Program-made: the position numbers and the translations under genes
In this document: positions 1-14,929 of the stretch, one piece after another
Layout of the letters: every line of letters begins with the position of its first letter
Numbering within the stretch: position 1 is the stretch's first letter
The notes under the pieces: generated by a model
Seen by the model: only the letters and a program-made list of their open reading frames with translations
What the model was told of the DNA's origin: nothing
The model's database searches: none
NCBI GenBank assembly: GCA_964016885.1
Contig: OZ024758.1
Coordinates: 806,001 to 870,000 of the forward strand
Length of the DNA stretch: 64,000 bases
From: Eledone cirrhosa
Lineage: Eukaryota
Direction of reading: 5' to 3'

Positions 1-554
1 CGAACTTGAAACCAGATAAAGAAATATTATTTTATGATGACTACTGGTTGGTGTGTGATTTATGTAGTTATTAAAGTACTTACAATATCGAATGCAAGGC
101 CACGGTCGTATCTAGTGGGACATAAGGAATGGTAATAATAAGAAAGCCCGAAACTTGAAGAAAGTAAAAAGTCGTTCTTTTTTTTTCATTCCTAAGAAAC
201 CGTCGAATATAAAACGGATGCTGAAATGACATATAGTTGTGGTGTAAATAGAAAAACGACAGCAGAAATTGAAGAGGAGGTTAAAATAGAAGCTAAAACC
301 AGTTCTACGGAATACCAAGATATATGGCAATCCATGGGAAAGCTGAATAAGTTGGAAGTAAAATAGAAAAATCCACAAAACTGACCATGAAACGCAAGAC
401 AAAAATCTAAGAATGAAGAATTATTTTATCGCGTTACAAAAAAAAAAGGTCCCAAACCTTAAGCATTAAAAACTACAAGTCATAATACATTGGGTAAATG
501 CAGAATATATAAAGGAGCGGAAAAAACAATCTTGTCGACCAATCAGAGAGAACA

Positions 555-555
555 A

Positions 556-625
<70 letters not shown>
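555..625. repeat. (TA)n microsatellite
   Basis: Pure TA dinucleotide run. Confidence 0.95.
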
Positions 626-627
<2 letters not shown>

Positions 628-1119
628 GTTTAAGTACGAGTACACATATCTGAATATAAAGGGATCTGTTTCATTTTTATTGTAATAACTATAACGTATT
701 AAATCACCTTTAACATAGTTCGTGTATTAAATTGATATAAAATATCCCATGAAATAGCTTATACGATAAACGAAATATGTAACAGAAGTCAAACAAAATA
801 AAATAAAAACAACAGAAAACAAAATACTTCAAGAATATAGCAAAACAGAAAAGATGATTAAAACAAGAAGCGTGCTATAAATGTATTTCATGTGTCAGTG
901 TCTACCGGAGCAAAACTTATTAATTGAATAGTTAATAGGCAACATTTTTCTTATAATAAAAAATCAATAGTAAAAATATTTAAGTTGTTTTTCTCTAAAG
1001 AAATAATCAGATATTAAGTGTCAAAATATCTCAATATCTCTGAAGGGCGACGGAACTAAAATATTTCTCGAGAAAACTACGCGAGATTATGATTTATGTG
1101 TAGACCTCAGAACTTCTTA

Positions 1120-1120
<1 letters not shown>

Positions 1121-1184
<64 letters not shown>

Positions 1185-1201
1185 CATATATATATAGACA
1201 G

Positions 1202-1235
<34 letters not shown>

Positions 1236-1372
1236 CATACATATATGTATATATATATATATATATATGTGTGTATATGTATATATATATATATTATATA
1301 TATCTGTCACTATATATATATGTATACACACACACACATATATATACAGATATGTATATATATATACATTTG

Positions 1373-1404
<32 letters not shown>

Positions 1405-1485
1405 TACATTTGTATATATATTTATATATATATATATATATATAATATATATATATATATATACATACGTATATATATATATATA
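1121..1485. repeat. Compound (TA)n/(TG)n microsatellite
   Basis: Interrupted TA and TG runs; source of the YIYI/CVCV ORFs. Confidence 0.95.
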
Positions 1486-1591
1486 ATGGCCGGAGTAAAT
1501 GATTCAAAGACAAAATATCCAAATATTAATAACTGTGTCAGCTGTTTACAGCTAAAATATGATGGATGGTGTGTCGGCATATTAGGCTGTC

Positions 1592-2536
1592 ACAATGTAA
1601 TGTCTTAACTTTGTGATTAGTAACTCTGTAGTGTCTTAACTTTCACTGTGATTAGTAACTCTGTCGTGTCTAAACTTTCACTGTGATTAGTAACAATGTA
1701 GTGTCTTAACTTTCACTGTGATTTGTAACAATGTAATGTCTTAACTTTCACTGTGATTAGTAACTATGTAATGTCTTAACTTTCACTGTGATTAGTAACA
1801 ATGTAGTGTCTTAACTTTCACTGTGATTTGTAACAATGTAGTGTCTTAACTTTCACTGTGATTAGTAACTATGTAATGTCTTAACTTTCACTGTGATTAG
1901 TAACAATGTAGTGTCTTAACTTTCACTGTGATTAGTAACAATGTAGTGTCTTAACTTTCACTGTGATTAGTAACTATGTAGTGTCTTAACTTTCACTGTG
2001 ATTAGTAACTATGTAATGTCTTAACTTTCACTGTGATTAGTAACTATGTAGTGTCTTAACTTTCACTGTGATTAGTTACTATGTAATGTCTTAACTTTCA
2101 CTGTGATTAGTTACTATGTAATGTCTTAACTTTCACTGTGATTAGTAACTATGTAATGTCTTAACTTTCACTGTGATTAGTAACTATGTAGTGTCTTAAC
2201 TTTCACTGTGATTAGTAACTATGTAGTGTCTTAACTTTCACTGTGATTAGTAACTATGTAGTGTCTTAACTTTCACTGTGATTAGTTACTATGTAATGTC
2301 TTAACTTTCACTGTGATTAGTTACTATGTAATGTCTTAACTTTCACTGTGATTAGTAACAATGTAGTGTCTTAACTTTCACTGTGATTAGTAACTATGTA
2401 GTGTCTTAACTTTCACTGTGATTAGTTACTATGTAATGTCTTAACTTTCACTGTGATTAGTTACTATGTAATGTCTTAACTTTCACTGTGATTAGTAACA
2501 ATGTAATGTCTTAACTTTCACTGTGATTAGTAACAA
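1592..2536. repeat. 35-bp minisatellite, about 27 copies
   Basis: Unit ATGTA(A/G)TGTCTTAACTTTCACTGTGATTAGT(A/T)AC(T/A) repeated head-to-tail with period 35 (e.g. TTAACTTTCA at 1741 and 1776); no spacers. Confidence 0.97.
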
Positions 2537-3709
2537 AACATCTAACGGCATCTGACAAGACGCCTATAAAAGTTCCTCCGTTCTTCCACATTCATTACTC
2601 TAGTATTACAAACTGAATTAAGATATTATTCTATACTCTTACACTTATATAAGATTACATGGGAATATACCCATGGAAAGATCTATAGTCAATTCATTCC
2701 TGTAAGTTTATTTGAAGAACTATACTTATATACATACCTACATATATACATACATACTAATATACATACTAATATACATACATGCATATATACATACACA
2801 AATACATACAGGCATATGTACATAATACATAAATACATACATGCATACTACTCCCATGACAATCAAGGCAACCTTGATCTCATGACAGTCCCAAATCCCT
2901 TTTAATTCCCACTTTAAACCCTGGTATAGGTTAATTTATCCTTCTCCTTTTCTTGCACTTTTGTGTCAAAGGGGCAGGTTGCATCTACAATCAGGTACGA
3001 TTTTTTTTCCTTGTCAAAAACTACCAGGTGAGGCCTATTGTGTTCTAATATCTTGTCTGTCTATATCCTGAAATCTCATAGTACCTTCACTTGATCGTTT
3101 TCTATCACCGATTCTGGCTTAAGATCTTACCACGTCTCAGAATGTTGTTAATAATTTAGTTATTATTATTATTGGGCGGGGGTTTGGCAGTATCGGTAGA
3201 CTGTGTGTGTGTTTATGTTTAAGTATGTATGTGTTATATACAGATACTGGAATATATACGTATGTTGAGCTACACACCTTCATAGATATGAACACAAGTA
3301 CAGGCATGCGGAATACACCGATAAATAAGGACAAGATAATAACTGATAGTACTATAAAATCTAAAACACAAAACAGATGACTAACAGGAACCATTCTAAA
3401 CTCTGTTATCTTCCCAGATGACAGGGCAATTATACAACAAACAACATCAATATAAATATATATATATAAAGAGCGAGAGAGAGAGTGTGTGTGTATGAGA
3501 GAGAACGAGAGAGAGGGGGGGTGCAATCCCTATCGGGAGCCAAGCGAGTCCTCTTGGCGCCGAGGTCGGGATTATACGTACCACTGTACCCTCTCTGCAT
3601 CTCCTCATGCATTGATTACTCCTATGATTAGTGATGTTCTTGGGCTCAGCACCGCAGACTCTCTATACATATACATACAAAGAGTTATATACGTATATAT
3701 GCGTTTTCT

Positions 3710-3820
3710 CCCGAATGAAACAGTTCTAGTCCTGTAGAACCCATTTCTATATTAAATATTTATACACTACTATGTATTGAGTACCTTACTTACTGTGGTT
3801 ACCTCCGATTGAACCCTGGA
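3710..3820 (+). repeat. Unclassified dispersed repeat, homologous to about 41535-41650
   Basis: GAATGAAACAGTTC.AGTCCTGTA...CCATTTCTATATT...GTATTGAGTACCTTA...CTGTGGTTAC...GATTGAACC is shared by both loci. Confidence 0.75.
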
Positions 3821-3903
3821 TAAACATATATATCTATGTATGTATACATACAAATATATATACATACTAGGTTATTAACACTATATACATATATATATAT
3901 TAA

Positions 3904-3959
<56 letters not shown>

Positions 3960-5039
3960 GGAGGGGGAGAGAGAGAGAGGTGGGGGAGAGAGATGTGGAA
4001 GTGGGTATATGAATGAAATGGAAAGAGATATACAAAGAGAAAAAACTGAATGGCAAGAAACGAAACAAACATTTTAACCCTTTTCTCTCTCGTTTTGTCT
4101 CATGCCTTCTTTCGTCACAGAGAAAAACATCAAAATATACACATCTACTATCTCTTTCTTTCCCTCATCTGTTTGTCTTCTCTCCATCTAATCTGTGTAT
4201 CTTCTCGCAAAATAATCAATAGCTTTATAATTCTATTATAATGGTTTTTCTTCTTTTTTTTTTTTCATTGCTTGTTTAATCCTTTGTTTCATGTTTTTCA
4301 TGTCGGCTTTCATATTGCTATGTGTTCAAATATAGATAAGCTATGTTGTCTTGTCTTCACAAAATCCTTTTCCTATTTACCTCCTTATTAACATGAAAGA
4401 TACACGTTAAGAACATAACAAAACCATGTGGTTGCTTTGATAAAAAGAACCCTCTCGTTGATATGACGACGGCGACGATGACGGCGACGACGACGGTAAC
4501 GATGACGGCAACGATGACGGCAACGATGACGATGACGACGACGATGACGGCGGCGACGATGATGACCAGGACCTCGCCATTGATGGTGATAATGACAATA
4601 ACAAAAACACCATCGATATTAATATCAATACTAATAATAATAACAACAGCAGCATTAACAAAAACTACTACTACTACTACTACTACAACAATGGCGATGA
4701 TGATTTTGTTCACGGCCATGATGAATACGAATATAATGGTGTCGAATTGGCTTTCTGGTCAAAAATAGGCCTAATTAGTGAAATTATTGGATCAATACTA
4801 TTCAGGTGTTTGTTGTAGAGGTAAAATCGATCGTTGCTTTTGGTATTATTGAAAACGGAAAATCCGTATAAAAGGAAATAATGAGATCTTCCAAACATGT
4901 ATTGAATATAGAAGTAAGAAGTCAACGTCTTGTTGAATATCATTTCACCCGTTAAAGGATGTAACTAAACCCAGGAGGAGGCCGGACGGATGAGATCTAG
5001 ATAAAAGAAGGGACTGACACAGGAAAAAGTAAGAGTAGA

Positions 5040-5345
5040 GCCAATAGTGGTTGTATTGCTGTAGGTGTTGTTGTTGTTGTTGGTGCTGTAGGGAGGGGGG
5101 GGGGGAGGGAGGAGGTGATAGTGTTGGGGGTGGTTGTATTGTTGTTGGTGGTGTTGGAGGGAGAGGAGGAAGAAGAGGAGGAGGAGAAGATATTTTTGTG
5201 GTAGTTGTTATTAGTGGTGGTGGTATTGTTGTTGTTGGTGGTGGTGGTAGTGATGATGGAGGTGGTGATGGTGGTGGTAGTGCTGGCAGTGGTGCTGGTG
5301 GTCATGATGGTGGTGGTGATGGTGATAGTGATGGTCATGGTTGAT
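5040..5345. repeat. Degenerate (GGT/GTT/GAT)n trinucleotide low-complexity region
   Basis: Mixed trinucleotide runs. Confidence 0.85.
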
Positions 5346-7419
5346 GGTAATGCTGGTGTTTATGATGGCTGGAGGTGGTATCCTGTTTTTAAGGGTATGT
5401 AGAGCTGCACTAACTAATGTGGACCCTCTCTATTTAAGATGGCATGCTGCATTTTTAGTGAAATTTAGTATTTTTTCCAGGCTAACTACAGTGACTACAT
5501 AGAAACTTCCGTTACTAAATATTCTGGTTGTGGTATTGATTTTAGTGGTTGTGGTAGCCTTAGTATTATTGTGATAGCATTATTATTGAGGGTATTGGTA
5601 GCAGTTGTTTAGATGGGGCCGGCCCTTATTGAGTATTAGTGCTGAAGGCTATTCAAATTCTGGCCATTCCGTCTCTATTAAGACTGTATACATAGGATTA
5701 CCTCATTGAATATGTCCTTGCCAGTTTAAGACTTCGCGATGTGAGTTAGGGTAGGTTTACTGCTATTTCAGGTAAATCAAATAACCAGTTTAAATCCCAG
5801 CATTGGTAGTGTTCCTTGTCATTATTTGTGTTTGGTTGAACTAAGTGGGGAATAAATGTTTATATTGTATTGTGAAAATGTTCGGATATATTTACTGAAT
5901 ACATTGGTAAGTATTTGGAGAGTATGAAGTCATTGCAGGAATATACTACCCCCCTTGTATGTTCAGAGTGGTGGGATCTTTATTATAAATATTGTTGTTT
6001 TAGTCTTTATGTGGTCTGTACGTAAGATATGTATAAATCTTGCGAGGATTTAAACTATACTATTTTCTCATTATTACAATTTTTGGAGGACTGTTGTGTG
6101 CAATTTTGATATAAGAAGACGGTATAATCGAACCTGTATATGTATGATGTCTGATAGTATACAGTTATATAACTGTTATAGATCAGTCAATATGTCAATA
6201 TGATCAACCCTCCAAAACGATCGTAAAACAATTAAATAAATAGGTAAAATAACTTGACTTTGTTATTTTCATTGTTAAAATAATATCTAATATAGATTCA
6301 ATATATATTGTTTGTATACGAGCATTGTTTCTTTATTTTGGTTAGTTTGTTGATTTTGAGTGTTCATGGTTTGTTTTTGCTTAAATTTCTTTCTTGTACA
6401 ATGTTATCTATGTGAGGTATGAATGTTGTAGAGATGTTGTAAGTAATTGTTGATATTTTTGTCATCTCTGACTATAGTTTGTTTATATTGTTGAACGTAG
6501 TGGCTGGTAGTATTTAATATTCTTGGAGGTAGCTGATAAGAATGGAGATAGCGGATGCTACTTTTAGTTTCTGTGTTTGGAGTTAGGTTTCTAGTTGGCT
6601 GATGCCAGGTTGGCGTTGATGTGCAGATACACGTATAGATAGAGTTGTGGCTGCTATTTAACCCTAGGTAAAACCTGATTGAGCAGTAATATGATCAAAG
6701 ACATTCCAATCGCAAACATCCCATATTTTATTACACCAGTGACTACGTTTCCCAACGTATGCTTTCTTTTAAATTCAAGCTGGTAGGTTATATTTTGAAG
6801 ATAATTTTATATCTATTTCAGAGAGACGGGGGACAGGTTTGGGGTTCCCTGTGTCTTCAGAGTGTTTATGATTGCTAGATATTTTTCTAAATGATGGCTT
6901 ATCTGTTGATGTTAAGCTAGAGAAGTCTTCCAATAACATGGCAATTCAGACCATTCATATTCAGATGGGTTTCACCCTGGGTTTTGTTAGTTTCTCTATG
7001 ACAGAAACATCACATACATAGAATCACTAACAACTTCAGTTCTGTTCAGTCAGATCTGAACAAAAGAAGCGAGAATTTGAGCAGCTGGGACAGAACTTGA
7101 ACACGAAATACACGAGAAGAAGCTCGCTGGAAAAACAATATCAAACACACACCCATAAATAGACACACACGTAATACACTCACACACGCACCCCCATATA
7201 TACATACATACATACATACTACATGCATATATATATATATATATTATATATCACGTTTAACTCTTACTGACTGGATGATTAGCCAGCTGGCATCGGTGAA
7301 ACTCAAATGCCAGGCAACCAATATATATATGTGTGTGTTTATGTGTGTGTGTGTGTGTGTGAGTATAGGCATGTACGCATGTGTATATATACATACATAT
7401 ACATATGTGTGTCTGCAAA

Positions 7420-7456
<37 letters not shown>

Positions 7457-7694
7457 GAAAGGCAGGGTGTATTCAGCTATTCTTCAGTCTATGGACAGAT
7501 AGAGTGGTTGCCGTGAAACTGGATCGGCTAGTCATTTTACACTGATGTTGCGACGGTCTTACGATTGAGTGTATAAGAAAACAAATACTTGGGTGGTCTA
7601 AATACTTCACTTCTCAGCAGTGAGCGAAAGGTAAATACAGGTGTCTGTGGAAGATATTTCCATAGGAATCTCTACAACTGTACATATGAACTTC

Positions 7695-7791
<97 letters not shown>

Positions 7792-7839
7792 TCATAGACA
7801 CACTCACACACAAACACATATATATGTATAAATAAATAA

Positions 7840-7909
<70 letters not shown>

Positions 7910-8010
7910 GTGTATATATATATGTATATATATATAAATATATATATATGTGTATATATATATGTATATATATATAAATATATATATATGTGTGTCTATA
8001 TATATATATA

Positions 8011-8695
8011 TAACTTTGAATAACTTTGAAATGTTTTGGCCAGTATTGGCCCAGGCCATGTCTAACTTAATAGCACCACCTGGCGAAGTCTTTCAATTCA
8101 GGATTTGGGCACCATGGCCCATTCGAGAAGAGAATTACTGTTTGCGGAGACATATCCGGGTGTGGGTGGTTTGTCCGGGATTACTTGGAGGAATTTGTCC
8201 AAAGACTTCTTGAATTTTGTGTGGTCAGTTTCTGTTTTGACGTGTCCTGGTGTGATGTTGAAGAGAGCAGGGCCGATTGAGGTGAAATAATTGTGCCGTA
8301 TTGTTGTTATGAGTTGCGATTTAGATTTTTGAATGGGACGGATAGCACGGGGCCCAAGCCTTGGGTGTATCTTGAAGGCGATGCCAACATCATTTGGGCA
8401 GTGATGATGGAACATTTTCCACATCATGCAGATAATATAACGCTCACGGCGACGTTGGAGTGAGTAAAGTTTCAGGTTTTCCAATCGACCCCAGTAGTCA
8501 AGGTCTGACATGCCATCTATCTTTTTCGTGATTGCCCTTTGAGGAGCTTCAAGTTTCATGATACTTTGTTTCGTGTGGGGAGACCACAGTGGACAACAGT
8601 ATTCAAGGTGTGGTCGGGCGAAAGTAGAGAAGAGAAGGATAATGGTGCGGGAATCTCTCGACTGGAAGGTTCTGAGGATCCAGGAACACATTCTG
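8011..8695 (-). mobile_element. 5'-truncated CR1/L2-group LINE (C-terminal end of ORF2, 3' UTR and short tandem tail)
   Basis: The ORF 8098..8769 translation contains ILRTF..R...[58 protein letters not shown] and FKKSLDKFL, typical of CR1-group ORF2 C-termini. The tail on the minus strand is (TTCAAAGTTA)2. The N-terminal part of the ORF is just (TA)n. Confidence 0.9.
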
Positions 8696-8821
8696 CGTAT
8701 ATATATATAAATATATATAAATATATATGTATATATATATACTGTATATATATATAAATATATATACATATATATGTATATATATATATACTGTATATAT
8801 ATATATATATGTATATATACT

Positions 8822-8864
<43 letters not shown>

Positions 8865-8867
8865 CTG

Positions 8868-8939
<72 letters not shown>

Positions 8940-9019
8940 CATATAAATATGTATTTATATATACATAACTGTATACATATAAATATGTGAATTTTGTATA
9001 TCTAAAAAAAATAGACTAA

Positions 9020-9230
9020 AATCTGTCTTAAGTCAGAAGGCTCATTTGGCCGGTGCTTATACCGGTTACAAGGCGTGAAGTGACTGAGAGTACAAGACTC
9101 CACCCTGGACAGCACGCTAGTCCACCGCAGGGTTAAAGCCCCAGCTATTGGTGGTACTGATTTTCAGCTGAGTATACTGGAGCAAAGTGAAATGAAGTGT
9201 TTTTTTCAAGAACACAATACGTAACCCAGG
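9020..9230 (-). mobile_element. CORE-like SINE body, 5'-truncated
   Basis: Minus strand reads TGTGTTCTTG..AA.ACACTTCATTTCACTTTGCTCCAGT..ACTCAGCTG..AAT.AGTACC...ACCCTGCGGTGGACTAGCGT.CTGTCCAGGG, resembling CORE-type SINE bodies; related to the copy at 42.2 kb. Confidence 0.65.
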
Positions 9231-9300
9231 ATCCGAACAGTTTGGATCTAGCTGTCGAAACGGTCGGAGCTCAGCCGTGCTGGGTGCTGTATTATATATA

Positions 9301-9345
<45 letters not shown>

Positions 9346-9444
9346 TATCGTGAATTGTTCTGGAACTACTTCTACCAAACTCGTCCCATGGACTGAGTGC
9401 TCTACTACTACGGATTTAACCCTCCAGTGTTCTACTATTATATA

Positions 9445-9476
<32 letters not shown>

Positions 9477-9675
9477 GGCATTAAGGTGCAAATTAATTGT
9501 GTCCATATCTGGGGAGCTTCCGATTCCAGAGTCGGATTCGATCATTAATAGATCGTTGCTCGAGCTGATCGACAGTGAAACATATGTCGTATGTAATTAA
9601 ATATGTATATGATGCAACACTGATTCTTTGTTCCCTTATATATTAATATCATATATATATATGTGTGTGTGTATG

Positions 9676-9707
<32 letters not shown>

Positions 9708-9949
9708 CGAGTGTATATACGTTTATATATCCTGTATCCGAATGCATAATACATACAAATACATGCACATTCGGATACAGGAAAGAAGCTCTGACTGAAA
9801 GAGTTATATATGTAGAATATAAGACGTGGTGGTACTCTTGCCAAAATATCTTTCTAGAATTTGCCCTGAGATCTTCCACAATTAATCGAAAATATCCGGC
9901 AGTTTGATAATCACAATCATTTTAACATCATTATTTTCATTGTGGTTGT

Positions 9950-10190
9950 CTACTTCTTCACCACCACCGCCGCCACCGCCACAACCAGCACCATCACCAC
10001 CAGCACCACCAACGCCATCACCACCACTATCCTCATCGTCTTCATCATCACTATACCACCATCGCTACCTCCATCATCATCATTTTCAGTATCATCGTCA
10101 TCACCACAACCATCATCATCATCATCATCATCATCAGTGCTATCATCATCATCATCAACATCATCATCATTACCATCATTATCAACATCC
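9950..10190. repeat. (CCA)/(CAT)n trinucleotide repeats
   Basis: Direct observation. Confidence 0.9.
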
Positions 10191-11317
10191 TTATTTTTTG
10201 TTGAATTATTATTTTTTTTAATCGACATAGTCTATCTCCAATGCGTATGTGTTGTTTTTGTTTCATTTATTAAAAATCAATGTTCCTGTAATTTTATTTC
10301 TTTAATTGTTTTTGTTGTTGTTGTTGTCGTCGTTCCACGCCGATATATTTCCTGCTATAGTTCTTCTTAATTTTGTTGTTGTTGACGTTTTTGTTGTAGT
10401 TGATGTTGATAGTGATGTCATAATTACTACTGCTACGTCTGCCGTTGCTGCTCTTGTTACTGTCGACTTAATTTTCCTTTCGTTTTTGTTGTTGTTATTG
10501 TTGTTGTTGCGATTTAAAAATCCCAACAAAAACCTGCCCACAACTCCAACATTTTATTATACCCGTCAGCCTTGAAAATCTAAATTCCTTTAACGTTCAT
10601 TCAATCTCTGATCTTGACATTTTATTATTTAAATATTTTGTATTTTTCCTTTTTTTACATGCAAACCATTTTTGTAACTCTTTCTATTTCTTCATCACTG
10701 TCTAGAGTGTGTATATCTTCGTTTTTTTGGGGTTTTCTTCATAATGTTATTTATTTCATATTTTCCATTCACTTTTACATTTCCTTTCCTAAATATATTA
10801 AATCCAATTATTTTACACGCCCCTATTAAAATTCTTAACAAAAAAATAAACAGATACATATATAAAGTTATTTTAAAATAATATATATATACTATAAAGT
10901 TACAAACGAAACGAAGAAGCTAAAAAACATAAAAAAAAACTAAACAAACTAAGATCGTTAAAACAAAGACACACCTACCTGAAATAAAATAAAATAAAAT
11001 AACTAACAAGTATATATAGATTGTGACAATATCCTAATTTTCGTGTTCCGTTACAATCATTAAAACCCTTTTCAAACTCCTCGACAGCGGCTCAGTGGAA
11101 CTCTCCATGTTTTTCTCTACATAACTGATTCTAACACTTATGCATCATTCAAATTTTTGCTAATCCTTCACGTCTTCAAATTTCATTTTCATGTATTTTT
11201 GATTTTTATTTTCATATTTAGCATTACTCACAACCCCCCCTCATCCACCACCTATATTCAGCTCAATAATTTAACCACCCCTTGTATATATACATACATA
11301 AACACACACATACACAG

Positions 11318-11351
<34 letters not shown>

Positions 11352-12246
11352 TTAGTTTTTAAATTAGTATTATTGATGCTGACTGCAGCCCTACCCGCCA
11401 CCATTTGTCATACATATTTGATTATAGTTATCATTATCTGTCTCTTTAACAGTAAGGTCTGAGTATTTTCGTCAGTCGAAATCATTCTTAAAATTGTATT
11501 TCCTCCAACTCAGTATCAAGACTTCTCTCTTCAGTCCTCGTCCTACATTGACTACATCGTTACAGGCACTTATTCCTGATGTGGGTACACGAGCTAATTA
11601 AATATTGAATGGATAATTTATTTTTGAAGAATCTTCTTAATGTGATCATTTTATAAAATTATTGGATTCTCTTAACTTATAATTTTTGTATTTATTCAAA
11701 TTTCTGATTTTAAAATGTTTATCTTGTAAATTAATTGTTATTGAAACATTATATGAATTATGATTTAAACTGATTTTCGATTATTTCAATTTACTGTCTT
11801 TCACTTCACCATTCTGCTACATAGTTGTTCTAACCCTGCCTCACTCTCTTCCATACACATTATTCATTACACACACGTTTACCTCTATTACCCTTAAACA
11901 TATTTCCCCTTCTCCTTTTCTCCTTTTAATTCTCCCCATCTGCTCCCCATTTGCGAGTGTAGTTGGCTGAGTAAGAAGAATGTGAATAGCCTTCAAGTTT
12001 TTCTCAAGAGCATTAATTATGTAATAACGCTGGTCACATTTGGGAGTTTTGGTTATTAACTATAAAAGAATGTTATCTGTGTAATATGATATATTCCACC
12101 GACTTTATATTTGTACAATTACTATTTATGACCAGAATTCACACAGATGTAATTAGATTTCATCTAGTCTTCTAGTTCATCTTGCGTCAATGGAATATTG
12201 TTACATTGATATTAGAAGGATGAAATTATTATTAATATCATGTCCT

Positions 12247-12498
12247 CAGAATTCATCTTAATCTCTGGTTTAGTCAATATAGTGGACCACATCCAGTGGT
12301 CTTAGGTATCATCAGAATTGATCTTAATCTCTGGTTTAGTCAATATAGTGGACCACATCCAGTGGTCTTAGGTATCATCAGAATTGATCTTAATCCCTGG
12401 TTTAGTCAATACAGTGGACCACATCCAGTGGTCTTAGGTATCATCAGAATTGATCTTAATCTCTGGTTTAGTCCAGTGGACCACATCTAATGGTCTTA
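12247..12498. repeat. 66-bp tandem repeat, about 3.7 copies
   Basis: CAGAATTGATCTTAATCTCTGGTTTAGTCAATATAGTGGACCACATCCAGTGGTCTTAGGTATCAT starts at 12247, 12313, 12379 and 12445. Confidence 0.95.
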
Positions 12499-13451
12499 TC
12501 ATGACACAGTTTCCTTCTCTTCAGGTTATATCCAATACCTTTCCTATTATCCTAGCCGTCCCAAGCAAACAACGTTTCTGTAACATTTCTATTATAAGAT
12601 ACAATTTTAATTATTATTATTGATTCTCAGCTTGTAACCCAGGTTTTAGCTTTTCAAATTTACCGGGTAAAATGTACATCTCTCAGTTGTTGAATTTCTC
12701 GAGTTCATTCTCTTTAAATCATATGAGTAATATGGAAAATTTAAAATTTAATTCCGTTATGGATTGAATAATAGAAATAAAACATTTTCATCTCTTGAAC
12801 AGCAATCTGTGTTATGTTCTATTAGAAGAGGGAAGCTATAAAACAAAGTAACACAAAAATCAAATAAAAAAACTGTCTCTGAAGTGTGGAATAAAATGTC
12901 GTTTGTAGGTGGGTCTCTAGTTATCTGATTGAACTGTCTACAGCGATGCAGCTTCTATGAAATGATAGAGAACTAACATTAAATATTCTTTGGGGGATTA
13001 CAGAGGGTCATAAATAATATAATGGACATACAGAAATTTTCAATTATATAAATCTGCTCCAATGAGCATCAAACATATTTGAGGAAATGACTGCATTTCT
13101 TTTTTATATTCACCAAATACTAGTTTTATTTTGTTTTCTATAAAATCTGTCAGTTTGTATGTGTTATATGTTGTATATGTGTTATATATGTTGGTATGAA
13201 TTTGTCTATGTGTAATATATCTATGTTTGTGTGAATCTGTATACATATCTATGTTTGTATCCGTATGGGAGTATGTTTTTAAGAGTTAAATTCATATTTT
13301 ACTATTATATGTGTAAATTTGACTGAATTCTTAGGTGTATTTGTGTGGGCTGCATGAGAACATTTTAAAGTGTATCAACGAATATCATTCTATTTCTCTC
13401 TCTCTGTCTGTGTGTGTGTCTGTGTCTGTGTCTGTGTCTGTGTCTGTGTCT

Positions 13452-13482
<31 letters not shown>

Positions 13483-13889
13483 CAGGCACTTGAAAGTTTA
13501 TGTGCAGAAGTTTTATGGTTATATATATAGTATACACACTCACACACACATATATAAATGTATATAAATATATATACATATATGTACGTGTGCGTGAGTG
13601 TAAGTGTAAGTGTGCATATGTAACTACATAGGTGTCAGTTGGTGCCTAGCCATATGTGTGTCCATTTTGATGGGCCTGTTGGAAAAGATAAAGAAGGGCC
13701 GCATTATATTATGCTGGTATTATTTCATGGCAGATTAAGTCCATGATTCAGGGCATCTGTCAAACATAGAAGTAGTTTTATGTGGAAGGGATGAAGCAAA
13801 TGTCGAGCCATATTATTATATTGTACAATATATTGATATTTAATACAAGCACAACGATTAATAGCATGTAATGCACACACACAAACCTA

Positions 13890-14610
<721 letters not shown>

Positions 14611-14929
14611 TCGTGATGCGTAAATATATTTCAGAAGAACTCCGTCAATTATTATGAAGCATCTACTAAATCGCTTGACCTGTTAGAAATGGTAACCGAA
14701 TCGCCCTCAAATTACACCCTGTATCTTTAAGAGGGAGGGGCTGAATATAACTTTAGACACGCAATACTGAAAACAAGGCCAAAATGGTCACGGCTGGTCA
14801 ACAGCTTTGATTATAGGTCTAATCAGTCAACAGTGAACTGGAAAGGACCAACAACAACAAAAACATCAGAGAAAGAAACTACATATTTAGAATCAATTAT
14901 CACTCATAAAACTGGAATTGATTCGTCAC

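Noticed and set aside
1592-2536. CRISPR-like array of 35-bp repeats
   Set aside because: The units are contiguous with no unique spacers, there are no cas genes, and the context is eukaryotic
1592-2536. V(D)J RSS heptamer (CACAGTG on the minus strand) in every unit
   Set aside because: There is no ACAAAAACC-like nonamer at 12- or 23-bp spacing; a single chance 7-mer has been amplified with the repeat
7049-7160. Protein-like plus-strand frame (VRSEQKKREFEQLGQNLNTKYTRRSSLEKQY), with LNKRSE in another frame
   Set aside because: No recognisable homology and no clear splice donor; it runs into CA repeats and is opposite to the other exon candidates
9570-9600. CTGATCGA..GAAACATATGTC hammerhead-like string
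   Set aside because: The core spacing is wrong and there is no helix II
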